Assembly (NCBI GenBank): GCA_013335095.1
Contig: JAAXWF010000002.1
Span: forward strand, 80,516-144,515
Direction of reading: 5' to 3'
Origin: a candidate division WWE3 bacterium
GTDB lineage: Bacteria > Patescibacteriota > 4484-211 > GCA-002791395
Length of the DNA: 64,000 nt
A program made the translations under genes and the position numbers. Below the pieces are notes generated by a model. It was given only the letters and a program-made list of their open reading frames with translations. It did not search any database and was not told the DNA's origin. This document shows, in pieces, positions 38,520-48,182 of the stretch (within the stretch, counting starts at the first letter, position 1; each line of letters starts with the position of its first letter).

Positions 38520-39179
38520 CTATTTTGCAATTTGGTCGATACGTTGTCTTATTCCTGCAATTCGTCGACTGAGTTGATCACGTCGGCGTCCGAGATCTCG
38601 TGATTCTAACATCAGTTGAAGGCGTTGAGTGTCGATCTCGATACGTTCCTGTAGTAGGGCTTGATAATTAGGTTCGGCATCGGGGCGTTGATCCTGACGT
38701 GATTGCATAAGCGACACGATATGCTCCGGGGATAGAGCAATGATCTCACACGAAGAGACCTGCTGTTTCGTAAGATGATGCTCATAACCTCCTTTGACTG
38801 AATTCCATCGGATCCAGGTATGAGCTCCCACGACTTTGTGCCCCAGACCGAAAAAAGGTTCCCGCCACGAAATCCCAACGCCAACACGCAGCATTATCCG
38901 CTGATAGGCAATAATCAATCGGAATTGGTTGTGCAGATAAGCCGCGCTTCCAAAAGCATGACTCATCTCATGGAGCACAACCGGCCACAACTGCCATTCA
39001 CCCAATACAAGAAAGTCACCGAGATATGTTGGATGTTGGAAGGTAAAAAGCAAAGATCGACGGGCTGATGGCCCAGACAATTTCTGGCTTTCAAATACGA
39101 CCAAGGGCTGTTGCGTGATGTAGGGAATCCGGGCGACGATAGCATGTACGATTTGTGGATCAGACATACGATCCTCCAT
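38520..39179 (-). CDS. HExxH-motif putative zinc metallohydrolase (possibly DUF45/YgjP-like) with C-terminal coiled-coil tail
   Basis: 'VLHEMSHAFGSAAYLHNQF' is H-E-x-x-H plus a third His spaced as in YgjP/DUF45-type metal sites. The C-terminal 60 aa are R/Q/L-rich heptad-like. No TM. Family assignment is tentative. Confidence 0.45.
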   Translation of the reverse strand: MEDRMSDPQIVHAIVARIPYITQQPLVVFESQKLSGPSARRSLLFTFQHPTYLGDFLVLGEWQLWPVVLHEMSHAFGSAAYLHNQFRLIIAYQRIMLRVGVGISWREPFFGLGHKVVGAHTWIRWNSVKGGYEHHLTKQQVSSCEIIALSPEHIVSLMQSRQDQRPDAEPNYQALLQERIEIDTQRLQLMLESRDLGRRRDQLSRRIAGIRQRIDQIAK

Positions 39180-39308
39180 AGATACAATGTGCCAATACGC
39201 TTCGCTGAGTGAATGCTATCAAAGTTTTAAGTTTTTCTCAAATTGAATTGAAAGTAAAAAGAATCAGGAGCCAGCATCCAGCCGGCTCCTGTGATTTATG
39301 CGTACAAA

Positions 39309-40460
39309 CTATTCCGCCGAGACCTCCTCAGCGACTTCTGCTGGCCCCTCGGCCAGGCCGTCCTCAGCCTCCGTTTCTGCGGGCTGCGCCACGGCAGCCT
39401 TGCCCGGAGCCTCCATCGCTCCGACGCAGTCACGAAGAAGTTGGATGGCCGGATCCAGTCGAATCTTGGTGCGAAGATCAGGCCGGTCCTGGGGGATCGG
39501 CGATGTCCTACTGCCATTCAGCAGATGTGGTACGTATGGATTCCCCCCCTTGGTCGGAGTGACCAAGTGAGCAAACCACACACCAACCATCTGCAGCGCC
39601 TCGGCCTCCTCGTCGGTCAGATCCTGACCCCGCAGCCGAGCTTCGGTCTTACGAACCGATGCAATGAGCCCCGGAACCTCGCGCAGGTCCCGAATGCCGC
39701 ACGCCAGAATACCAAAGTGCCCCTTGTCGATGACGACACTAAGGGCAACATCGACCTTGGCCTTTGCCGCAGTCCTCCGAAGTGGGCTAGCCAAATTGTC
39801 AGGGGTGACAATCAGACCGATACGCCGACCGTTCGGCAGCACTTCAACCAGAATCAGTGGCTCCGCAGTGTTAGAAGGGCGCTTGATCTGGCTAACGACG
39901 AGCGGACGCACCAGGGCCGCCTGGTTTTGGCGGCGGGTGTTCGCCCGAATTGAATCGACATAGGTGCGAGCGAATTGGAGAACCTCATCATCTGAGGAAT
40001 CCTCCATACCCAAAATCGCCCCAGCCAGAGTCGCCCAGCGGCTATGAAGTTCACCGGTGTCCGATAGGGTGGCCAGGTTCACGACATCCCGGTAGTCGCC
40101 CAGGGGTGACTGAGGATGGGTAAACATATTCCGCGTCAGTCGGTTGAACTTGGCTGCCGCCGACGGGTCTTTCCCATCGTGGTGATCGAGTTTAGAATCA
40201 GGACCACCGCAGTCACAGAACCAATAGGCGACGAAGTTCACCATCGTATAGTATCCATCCGGCCGAGGCCTGATGACTTTACCATTCGACAGACGGTACT
40301 CCGTACCCTGCGGAATAAGCCGAAGCTCGATCGGCCCCTCAAATCGGAGCTGCTCACGAATGAAGTCCTGAGCCATCAGCATAGTGATGATGGCATCGGC
40401 ATCTCTGTGCCCCAAAAGCACGTGACGCTCAATCCTTCCGGCACCATTCACCGGGGGCAT
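39309..40460 (-). CDS. hypothetical protein (383 aa) in a ~60% GC segment; acidic Ala/Glu-rich C-terminal tail
   Basis: Longest ORF in a region where high GC produces many overlapping shadow ORFs on both strands. It has a strong SD (aaggaggg) 4 nt upstream of the ATG at 40460. No family recognised. Confidence 0.5.
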   Translation of the reverse strand: MPPVNGAGRIERHVLLGHRDADAIITMLMAQDFIREQLRFEGPIELRLIPQGTEYRLSNGKVIRPRPDGYYTMVNFVAYWFCDCGGPDSKLDHHDGKDPSAAAKFNRLTRNMFTHPQSPLGDYRDVVNLATLSDTGELHSRWATLAGAILGMEDSSDDEVLQFARTYVDSIRANTRRQNQAALVRPLVVSQIKRPSNTAEPLILVEVLPNGRRIGLIVTPDNLASPLRRTAAKAKVDVALSVVIDKGHFGILACGIRDLREVPGLIASVRKTEARLRGQDLTDEEAEALQMVGVWFAHLVTPTKGGNPYVPHLLNGSRTSPIPQDRPDLRTKIRLDPAIQLLRDCVGAMEAPGKAAVAQPAETEAEDGLAEGPAEVAEEVSAE

Positions 40461-40559
40461 GGCTCCCTCCTTATTGCGTCGTTATCAAGACGCAAACATA
40501 TTGGATGTGCGAAACAGAATAATTATAGCAAAATAATGCAAAGAAATAAACTATAGGAT

Positions 40560-40598
40560 AACAACTATAAACGCCACTGATAATAAACCAGCGGCGTC
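40560..40598 (-). terminator. probable rho-independent terminator downstream of the RRM-protein gene
   Basis: Hairpin acgccactg / cagcggcgt (9 bp with one G·U-compatible position on the - strand transcript), loop ataataaac, followed on the - strand by a T-rich tract ttatagttgtt. Confidence 0.35.
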
Positions 40599-40614
40599 AT
40601 AGTTTGATAGGTTG

Positions 40615-40887
40615 TTACTCACCGTTGTTGTTTTGGTTACGCTCAGGACGAGCTTCATTAACAACCAATGGGCGACCACCAAAATCCTTCTCATGAAACA
40701 TTTGAATAGCTGCTTGAGCAGCTTCTGGAGTTGCCATTTCAACAAACCCAAAACCGCGACTTCTTCCAGTATCACGATCAAGAATAACTTTAGCTGACTT
40801 TACTTCACCAGCTGCTGAAAAAGCTTGCATGAGCTCTTCATCAGTAGTCGAAAACGGCAGATTACCAATATATAGTCGTAAATTCAT
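40615..40887 (-). CDS. RNA-binding protein, single RRM domain (glycine-poor short form)
   Basis: RNP-2 'LYIGNLPF' and RNP-1 'RGFGFVEM' at canonical spacing. Confidence 0.85.
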   Translation of the reverse strand: MNLRLYIGNLPFSTTDEELMQAFSAAGEVKSAKVILDRDTGRSRGFGFVEMATPEAAQAAIQMFHEKDFGGRPLVVNEARPERNQNNNGE

Positions 40888-41147
40888 CGTTGATCACCCC
40901 CTTTCGGGCAGCAATACTCTATCTAAGATTTGAAAAGAAGTCACGGAGAAACCATCGAAAGTAAGGTTAATTACGTCAATCATCGAAACCAAATAACAAC
41001 ACTCTTAAACAATAGTCTTATTATAGCGCACATACATATTTCAATCTAGTCAATCTCAAAAGTGCTCACACATACACAAGAAAAAACAACGCGCGATTAA
41101 AATATTTTAAAAATCATGAAACATTCTTTCGCTTCAGTAATTACACT

Positions 41148-41756
41148 CTACGTGATCAAATTTCTAAATAGATCCAAAAATTTGGGATAATTAATATAGT
41201 AGATAAATCCAGTAAAAAGCATCAACCCGGGGAATATCACCGATTTTTCAAACATACCACCGGCTTTAACTCGTAGAGCTTTAACTGGGGGGAACCCAAA
41301 ATTCCATGGCAAGGGAAAGAGTAGCGGAACGCCTTCCTTGGTAAACGTGTCCATAAAAATATGCGAAACGAGTCCGATCATAAACGCCCACCACACCACA
41401 TTCATATCGACTACTAAAATATGCGCAATAGAACTTAGCAGCCATTGCATACCGATGCCAATAATAACTATTCCGACAATAGAGTGAGCGATCATTCGAT
41501 GTCCTCCAAAGAGTGGACTTAGAATTCTCCCCCAAATACTGCCCGCAGGAATACGCCGCCAGAGGTCAGAGGTGGGTTGATCAAGATCAGGGGCTAACCC
41601 GCCAATAAAATTAGCCGCCAATGAAACCAGCATTGTCGCCATGGTCATTTGAGGAAGGGGAGTATAAGCAGCAACGATGCTTAAGGTCGTAAATGCCGCT
41701 AAATCATGAGTTCGGGCTACCATACCATTTAGTCTAGCATAAATAATACGTGACAA
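41148..41756 (-). CDS. membrane-bound metal-dependent hydrolase, YdjM/DUF457-like
   Basis: Polytopic membrane protein with 'GGHRMIAHS' and 'SHIFMDTFTKEGVPLLFPL', characteristic of the LexA-regulated inner-membrane hydrolase family. Confidence 0.5.
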   Translation of the reverse strand: MSRIIYARLNGMVARTHDLAAFTTLSIVAAYTPLPQMTMATMLVSLAANFIGGLAPDLDQPTSDLWRRIPAGSIWGRILSPLFGGHRMIAHSIVGIVIIGIGMQWLLSSIAHILVVDMNVVWWAFMIGLVSHIFMDTFTKEGVPLLFPLPWNFGFPPVKALRVKAGGMFEKSVIFPGLMLFTGFIYYINYPKFLDLFRNLIT

Positions 41757-41842
41757 AATTTGCTTTTTTAATTGAGGATATCGGTGTTTAAGTGAAAAGT
41801 ACCCCGGACTTATCGCCAGGGGTACAGGGAACTATATTGCTC

Positions 41843-43033
41843 CTACAGGGTTCGAGGACGCATTAATGCGAGCATGGCTTCGTTTCCCTGATGCTCTCTC
41901 CGGCGTTCCTCATCACACTCCTGAGTACGCTGATTGTAAGCAGTAATCGCAATTCGAATTGCATCAAGGGTTGCAACCGCCCAATCTTCAGACAGCATGC
42001 GCTGAGCTGCTGATAGCATCCGTTCGTCATACACGCCGAATCGACTCAGATTGGTAACAGCAATGCTGGATTCGACTAATTGACGACGAATAGATGATAA
42101 CTCAGGACGATCGGCTGCATACAGATAGACCGAAGCAACCGTATGGGTATCGATAAAACGCACCCCATCAGGCCACTCTAGTTCCAGTAGAAACGCGATC
42201 TGTGCCATTATCAGTTCCCAGTCATACCGGGAACCATCAGTACGATCGACCGACCTTTCCAGCGTGTATATAAACCACGGCAAAATGAGTTCATCATCAC
42301 GTGGCAAGATTCCGTTGTAAGACAACTGCTCAACGATCAACTGCTGAACGTGCTGATTTGCCCGAGCCCTCCATTCACGAGGGGTGAGAGGATCAAGCAT
42401 AAGATCCTCAAACGGCCACCACATATCTTCCATCCCGCCATACACGGGTGTGCCCAAATCATATACAAGAAACATCCTCTCGGCTAACTCAGGATTAGCA
42501 CGAGAATGAATGCCTCGTATTATCTGGCTATACCGAATCAATAGCCAACGAGCCCGATCTCCAAATCGCTCGGGATGCTGATGAACCCATCCCGCGAAGA
42601 GCTCAATTAAGACCGCACACCACCCAATCAAACGATCGGGGATTTTGCTGCAGTCAAGCGAGTAATACGTTAAGAGACTTTCCGACGCCCCATATTGGGC
42701 AATGTCCCAATTTACGAAGGGCTGAACGAGATTCAAATCTGGTGCGAGCAATAGTAACAATGCCCGCGCACCAAACCCGACATCATACCGATCTGGCTGA
42801 CTATATAAATCAACCAGGTCGTGTAGGCTACGTGACTTATGCAAAAGCCAGCGGCGCCAAATTGAATGTTGGGTCTTAAGGATCAATTGTTCCTTAAGTG
42901 CATTACGCCAAAGAGCAACAAGCTGCTTATACACAGCGCGATCCCGTTGTGGTAAGACCCATCCCTGAAGAACCAACCGGAAGTCAGTACCCGAATGCAT
43001 GCGAAGCATAGCTCCTCCTTGTCCTAACACCAA
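41843..43033 (-). CDS. hypothetical cytoplasmic protein (396 aa), Trp/Arg-rich, moderately GC-elevated
   Basis: Long uninterrupted ORF with no recognisable motifs; composition differs from neighbouring low-GC genes. Confidence 0.45.
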   Translation of the reverse strand: MVLGQGGAMLRMHSGTDFRLVLQGWVLPQRDRAVYKQLVALWRNALKEQLILKTQHSIWRRWLLHKSRSLHDLVDLYSQPDRYDVGFGARALLLLLAPDLNLVQPFVNWDIAQYGASESLLTYYSLDCSKIPDRLIGWCAVLIELFAGWVHQHPERFGDRARWLLIRYSQIIRGIHSRANPELAERMFLVYDLGTPVYGGMEDMWWPFEDLMLDPLTPREWRARANQHVQQLIVEQLSYNGILPRDDELILPWFIYTLERSVDRTDGSRYDWELIMAQIAFLLELEWPDGVRFIDTHTVASVYLYAADRPELSSIRRQLVESSIAVTNLSRFGVYDERMLSAAQRMLSEDWAVATLDAIRIAITAYNQRTQECDEERRREHQGNEAMLALMRPRTL

Positions 43034-43125
43034 CCAGAATGGAACAATATGCGCATTCTAACACGGCTTGCTTATATTTGGACGGGATGTTGTACAATAG
43101 AGCCTGGCCGAGAGGCCGTTTTTTT

Positions 43126-44970
43126 ATGATTGATCCGAAAACAATACGAAACATCGCCATAATAGCTCACGTCGACCACGGTAAAACGACTTTGGTAGAC
43201 GGATTACTAAAGCAGTCGAAGATATTCCGTGAGAATGAAGCCGAAATGCAACAGACAACAATACTCGATTCAAATACCCTTGAACGCGAACGAGGAATCA
43301 CTATCTTGGCTAAAAATACTGCAGTTGAATGGAATGGCGTAAAAATTAACATCATCGATACTCCCGGACACGCAGATTTCAGCGGTGAGGTTGAACGTGT
43401 TTTAAATATGGCTGATGGTGTACTTCTTATAGTTGATGCCGCAGAAGGGGTAATGGCACAAACAAGGTACGTACTAAAACTTGCCCTTGAAGCTGAACTA
43501 ACTCCGATTGTTGTGGTAAATAAAATCGATCGTAAAGACCAAAGAATCGCTCAAGTTCGCCAAGAAGTCGAGAATCTTTTCTTGGAGCTGGCAAAAAATG
43601 AAAGCCAACTCAACTTCCCATTACTCTATTCGATTGGCCGAGATGGCATTGCTGGCCACACGGTTCAACCTGATCATGATGGGGCATTACAAATAATTGA
43701 TAGTACCGATTTAACCCCATTATTTGAAACAATCATCGATGTAATACACTCACCCGAGGGCGAAGTCGATAAACCATTCCAGATGCAAGTCACCAGCCTC
43801 GATTATGATGACTACAAGGGTAAGTATGTTATTGGGAGAATTCGTCGCGGAGTAATACGAAAAGGCGAACCGCTTGCAGTAGTCAATGATACGGGTATTA
43901 CAGAGCAGGGGAAATGTGATTATTTGTTCACCTATAAAGGCCTCCATAAACAAGAAACCGAAGAAGCCGGAATCGGCGATATAATCGCGATAGCGGGTTT
44001 ATCAAAGGCAAATATCGGCGACACGATAACGCTCAAGGATACTCCAGAACCCTTAGAGACCCTTCATATCAGCGAACCTACGGTAAAAATCGGAATGTGG
44101 GTCAACACCTCTCCTTATGCAGGTAAAGAAGGACAATTCACCACATCACGACAAATTCGCGCACGACTTGATAAAGAATTAGAAACAAATGTGAGCCTAC
44201 AGGTTTCTGATAGTGAACAAGGTGAAGGGTTTATTATTGCCGGAAGAGGCGAGCTTCATCTATCAATATTAATCGAAACCATGCGACGTGAAGGCTATGA
44301 ATTTGCGGTTTCGAGTCCAGAAGTTATTCTTAAAAAAGATGATTCAGGAACACTTACCGAACCGTTTGAAATGCTCTTTATTGAAGTACCAACCGAACAT
44401 GTTGGTGCAATTACCACAGAAATGGGACTTCGAAAAGCACGATTGATTAACATGATTACCGAAGGTGATAAGGTCAAATTCGAATATGAAATTTCTACCC
44501 GAAATTTACTAGGATTTCGCAGCCGTGTCGTAACACAAACCTCAGGCAGAGCACTCGTAAACAGTTTATTCCTGGGCTATCAACCAGCCGGAGAATTATC
44601 ACAAATCGAGCGCAACGGAGTACTAATTGCGGGAGATACCGGAGTATCGACAACATACAGTTTAAACAACGTACAAGAACGTGGTGAAACAATAATTGGA
44701 CCAAGCGTTGATGTGTATACGGGAATGATCGTTGGGATAAATAACAAAAAAGAAGATTTGGTAATTAATGTGACCAAAGAGAAAAAACTCACCAACACCC
44801 GGAGCTCTACTGCCGACATGGCCGTAAAACTAAGCCCACCGCGAGTTTTAACGCTCGAACAGATGTTAAACTTTTTGGCTAAAGACGAGCTTCTTGAAGT
44901 AACCCCGCTAAATCTGAGACTTCGTAAAAGACTTCTCGATGAAACACAACGTCGTCGAAACAAACAATAA
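43126..44970 (+). CDS. typA: translational GTPase BipA/TypA
   Basis: 'IAIIAHVDHGKTTLVD' (G1), 'DTPGHADF' (G3), 'NKIDR' (G4). EF-G-like domains II, III, V and the BipA-specific C-terminal domain are present. Start set at the Met of MIDPKTIRNIAIIAH (43126), not the upstream ORF-track Met (43039). Confidence 0.88.
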   Translation: MIDPKTIRNIAIIAHVDHGKTTLVDGLLKQSKIFRENEAEMQQTTILDSNTLERERGITILAKNTAVEWNGVKINIIDTPGHADFSGEVERVLNMADGVLLIVDAAEGVMAQTRYVLKLALEAELTPIVVVNKIDRKDQRIAQVRQEVENLFLELAKNESQLNFPLLYSIGRDGIAGHTVQPDHDGALQIIDSTDLTPLFETIIDVIHSPEGEVDKPFQMQVTSLDYDDYKGKYVIGRIRRGVIRKGEPLAVVNDTGITEQGKCDYLFTYKGLHKQETEEAGIGDIIAIAGLSKANIGDTITLKDTPEPLETLHISEPTVKIGMWVNTSPYAGKEGQFTTSRQIRARLDKELETNVSLQVSDSEQGEGFIIAGRGELHLSILIETMRREGYEFAVSSPEVILKKDDSGTLTEPFEMLFIEVPTEHVGAITTEMGLRKARLINMITEGDKVKFEYEISTRNLLGFRSRVVTQTSGRALVNSLFLGYQPAGELSQIERNGVLIAGDTGVSTTYSLNNVQERGETIIGPSVDVYTGMIVGINNKKEDLVINVTKEKKLTNTRSSTADMAVKLSPPRVLTLEQMLNFLAKDELLEVTPLNLRLRKRLLDETQRRRNKQ

Positions 44971-45041
44971 TACGCGTTCCAGACCGGATTCATTTGTGGT
45001 AGCATAAACGACAGATAGATTTTTCTTTCAAAATTATTACC

Positions 45042-46406
45042 ATGGCAAAAGCATCAATGACTGTTCTTACGATACGAGAAGCGGAAATATTCGCCCATCA
45101 GTACAATCAGGACGGACATGAAATACAAACTGTAGAGATACCGATTGAAGCAGGAAATATCGCAGAAGCGTTCACCCGCTTAAAAAAAGAGCTGTCGTTT
45201 CATCATGCCCGGGTATTTTTACCAGAAGATAAGACATTTCTTATTACCACCCACGTTGATTTTAATACCGAAAATATCCGAGAGATTATAAACAAACAGC
45301 TTACCGAGACCGTAACTGAACCGATCGATAATTTGATTTACGATTATCAAACCGTCGGCAAGAATAGTCAGGGATTAGTTATTCAAGCCATAGTAACGGT
45401 TAAAAGTTATTTGCACGAACTAGAAGATGCTGCCGCCACCGCCGGATTTGACATCGAAAAAACCGAACCGATGTCATTTGCCCTAGCTCGAGAAACCTCG
45501 GATTCACCGTCACCCCACCTAATCGTTTACGTTGATTCACAAGTTCACTTAGCGGTAGCTCATGGCGGTCGGGTATTCACATCGCTTGCCACGTATTCAT
45601 ATAAATATTTGGTGCAGCAATGCCATGACCTAATCTCGTTTACCCAAAATCACTACAATGTTGAGATAAAAAATCTAATAACGAACCGCAATCGCCCCGA
45701 GATTCAACAAGTCGCCGAAGCACTACAATTAACAATTTCTACACACAATTTTGAACCTGCACAAAGCCTAGCTCAAAGTGGAAAAGAGGAAAAACGAGAA
45801 GATGCAATGCCATTTGACCTTAAAAACGCCACAGATGAAGAAAAAGCAAAAAAAATTAAATCCGCAAAGATCTCAAAACGTACATACTACCCACCCCATA
45901 AACCGAAGAAGTCGTATTCTGGAGGAGTTGTTACCAGTGCTCTTGCCTTTTTAATTGGAGCCGGACTGATGTTTTCTGGTGGTGTATTTGTATATGACAC
46001 ATTTTTCGATAAACCAGAACAAATCCCATCGGTGTTGTCGGCCCAACCTACCGAAAAAGCAACAGTAACACAGCCGACATCACTACCAACCGCCACACCA
46101 ACCCTGACCCCGACGCCTATTCCAAATCGAACCGAACTCCATGTTAAAGTTCTTAATGGAAACGGCGGTGTAGGAATCGCAGCCAAAGCAAAACAATTAT
46201 TACTATCTAAAGGGTATACCTCAATAGAAACGGGAAATGCCGGTCGCTATGATTATCCTAAAACCGAAATACAGTTAAAACCCTCAAAAGCGTATTATTA
46301 CCAGACGATAGCACAGGACTTAAGCGGTACATATGAAGTGACCCAAGGAACACCCTTAGATACCAATAATTCAGTTGATGTCGTTATTATTATTGGGGAA
46401 AAATAA
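45042..46406 (+). CDS. bitopic membrane protein: cytoplasmic N-domain of unknown function, TM, PT-rich linker, C-terminal LytR_C domain
   Basis: TM 'VVTSALAFLIGAGLMFSGGVFVY', linker 'PTSLPTATPTLTPTPIP', C-terminus 'LHVKVLNGNGGVGIAAKAKQLLLSKGYTSIETGNA…VDVVIIIGE' (LytR_C signature). Confidence 0.55.
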   Translation: MAKASMTVLTIREAEIFAHQYNQDGHEIQTVEIPIEAGNIAEAFTRLKKELSFHHARVFLPEDKTFLITTHVDFNTENIREIINKQLTETVTEPIDNLIYDYQTVGKNSQGLVIQAIVTVKSYLHELEDAAATAGFDIEKTEPMSFALARETSDSPSPHLIVYVDSQVHLAVAHGGRVFTSLATYSYKYLVQQCHDLISFTQNHYNVEIKNLITNRNRPEIQQVAEALQLTISTHNFEPAQSLAQSGKEEKREDAMPFDLKNATDEEKAKKIKSAKISKRTYYPPHKPKKSYSGGVVTSALAFLIGAGLMFSGGVFVYDTFFDKPEQIPSVLSAQPTEKATVTQPTSLPTATPTLTPTPIPNRTELHVKVLNGNGGVGIAAKAKQLLLSKGYTSIETGNAGRYDYPKTEIQLKPSKAYYYQTIAQDLSGTYEVTQGTPLDTNNSVDVVIIIGEK

Positions 46407-46407
46407 T

Positions 46408-46719
46408 CTATCTCAAATCAAAATCTTCATCAAAAGAGGTCGGGGAAGTAGTTTCTGTTTGTTCTTTTGTAGTTACCGTAGGAGCTTCAAGTGTTTGGAC
46501 ACGTACAACTGTGCCATCTTGTAACATTACTTTAATTCCACGCGGATGAAACGGTTTACTGGTTAATATCCGCTGAACAGTACCGCTAGTCAAAACACCT
46601 GATGCATAGTTCCTCTTTTCGAGGCCCCACACGGTGGTTCCAATCGCGATAGCACTGCGAGGAGGAACAGAGGCGGCTTGTTCTTGTTTATCTCTATACA
46701 ACATAAGAGTAGTGATCAT
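46408..46719 (-). CDS. YwbE-like small protein (DUF2196)
   Basis: 'GVLTSGTVQRILTSKPFHPRGIKVMLQDGTVVRVQTL' matches the YwbE family core (…ILTSSPTHPHGIKVRLQDGQVGRVQ…). Confidence 0.5.
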   Translation of the reverse strand: MITTLMLYRDKQEQAASVPPRSAIAIGTTVWGLEKRNYASGVLTSGTVQRILTSKPFHPRGIKVMLQDGTVVRVQTLEAPTVTTKEQTETTSPTSFDEDFDLR

Positions 46720-46768
46720 TATATATCGTAAAACATTAAGATAACTATATGTACGGTAAAATAAAAAT

Positions 46769-47662
46769 ATGAACGATGATCATCGCTTAATATTACTTAT
46801 AATTAACCCCAATTCAGGCAGTACCGATCCCTCAAAATTAGAGCACCTTGCCGATGAATATCGGCAAAGATATTCGAGAAAAATTCGAACATTACACTTA
46901 AAAGATGATACAGATCTCAAAGGGGTAGTTACTGAATATAAACAGAATGGCTACCACGAATTCTGGGTTGCTGGGGGAGACGGGACAATTGATTCGGTAG
47001 CAAGTGTGATAGACCCACAATCAGATCTAATTGGAATAATTCCCGGTGGAACCGGGAATATGATTGGCAAAGTTCTAAAGATCCCCGAAAACCCTAAAGC
47101 CGCAATGGAAATATTGCTGAATTCAAAAAAAACAATACTACTCGATGCAATGAATGTAAACGGTAAGGTGGGTTTTCTACAAGTCAGTTGTGGACTTAGC
47201 TCAAAAGCGATCCGACAAACTTCCAATACGGATAAAAGTCGACTAGGCATCCTCGCCTATATCTGGGCAGGATTGAAAGCATTTAAATCAGTCCGACCAC
47301 AAACGTATATGCTTTCGATTGATGGGAAAAAACAATCAATCAAAGCAATAGAAGTAGTAATTGCCAATATTGGATCAATCGGAGATTCGAATGTTACATT
47401 TACCGAAACCGTCGATCCAACTGATAAAAAACTAGATATTTTTATTGTTCCGGATCAACGCATAAATACAATAACTCGAGCGATTCACGGATTGTTTGAT
47501 AAACAGAGTACGTACTGGAAGTCTTATTCGCTCGGTCAATCAAAATCGATAACTATTAATTCCAAGGTAACAATTCCCGTACAGATGGATGGAGATGAGA
47601 TCGGTCAAACACCTATTTCAATACAAATAAGTTCCCAACAATATCGCTTTATCGCCCAATAG
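46769..47662 (+). CDS. diacylglycerol-kinase-catalytic-domain lipid kinase (YegS/BmrU/DagK family)
   Basis: 'LLIINPNSGS' N-terminus and 'WVAGGDGTIDSV' (GGDG motif), 297 aa. Confidence 0.8.
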   Translation: MNDDHRLILLIINPNSGSTDPSKLEHLADEYRQRYSRKIRTLHLKDDTDLKGVVTEYKQNGYHEFWVAGGDGTIDSVASVIDPQSDLIGIIPGGTGNMIGKVLKIPENPKAAMEILLNSKKTILLDAMNVNGKVGFLQVSCGLSSKAIRQTSNTDKSRLGILAYIWAGLKAFKSVRPQTYMLSIDGKKQSIKAIEVVIANIGSIGDSNVTFTETVDPTDKKLDIFIVPDQRINTITRAIHGLFDKQSTYWKSYSLGQSKSITINSKVTIPVQMDGDEIGQTPISIQISSQQYRFIAQ

Positions 47663-47680
47663 AGAATCCACAAACGGAAG

Positions 47681-48112
47681 CTATGGCGTAGGTGAAGTAC
47701 CAGAACAGGTTAATACAAATTCACCAGTACTTGTATGATATGTCCAATACTTGGTACCTGATTGCCCAGATGGGCATGTTTCTTTTTGAGAGGTGAGTCG
47801 TACATATGCGATAGCAGTGGCACCACTCCCATCGACCTCAATCGTAACGTCGGTTAATGCATTTTTTAAATGTCGACTATTCACTAATCCAGCCATTGAA
47901 AGCCCTGCATAAGAAGCTCCATTACTAAAATAATAAGTGCTCATCGCACTCGCGACCTGACCTAGATCGCTTTTTCGATCAGCATCATTGGCATTAGCAA
48001 ATTTCTCAACCGGATCGATTGCGATAAGAACGACTGCGGCCATAATACTGCCAACAGCAATCACGACCATAAGTTCAATTAAGGTAAAACCGCTGCGATT
48101 AATACCGATCAT
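47681..48112 (-). CDS. type IV pilin / pseudopilin (class III signal peptide)
   Basis: Prepilin cleavage/methylation motif 'RSGFTLIELMVVIAVGSIMAAVVLIAI' (G|FTLIE). The C-terminal region carries a Cys pair. Confidence 0.8.
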   Translation of the reverse strand: MIGINRSGFTLIELMVVIAVGSIMAAVVLIAIDPVEKFANANDADRKSDLGQVASAMSTYYFSNGASYAGLSMAGLVNSRHLKNALTDVTIEVDGSGATAIAYVRLTSQKETCPSGQSGTKYWTYHTSTGEFVLTCSGTSPTP

Positions 48113-48182
48113 CAGTATCTCAAGTATCGTATGTTTTTAGGCAGATGTCAAAAAAATCAAGCAATAATGGTATACTTTTTTT

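Noticed and set aside
39209-40054. Cluster of overlapping ORFs on both strands (39209..39562 +, 39291..39953 +, 39296..39517 -, 39298..39570 +, 39617..39811 -, 39664..39963 +, 39854..40054 -)
   Set aside because: These are an artefact of ~60% GC, which leaves few stop codons in any frame. Only the 383-aa - strand frame has a strong SD and spans the whole segment.
36131-40500. Integrative mobile element (prophage, ICE or IS) explaining the GC-rich island
   Set aside because: No integrase, transposase, relaxase, terminal inverted repeats, flanking direct repeats or adjacent tRNA could be identified. It is reported as a compositional island only.
43039-43125. Upstream extension of typA from the ORF-track start at 43039
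   Set aside because: The family N-terminus begins MIDPKT…IAIIAHVDHGKTT. The extra 29 codons (MEQYAHSNTACLYLDGMLYNRAWPRGRFF) overlap a ggcc-gaga-ggcc hairpin plus T-run that looks like upstream terminator or UTR rather than coding sequence.
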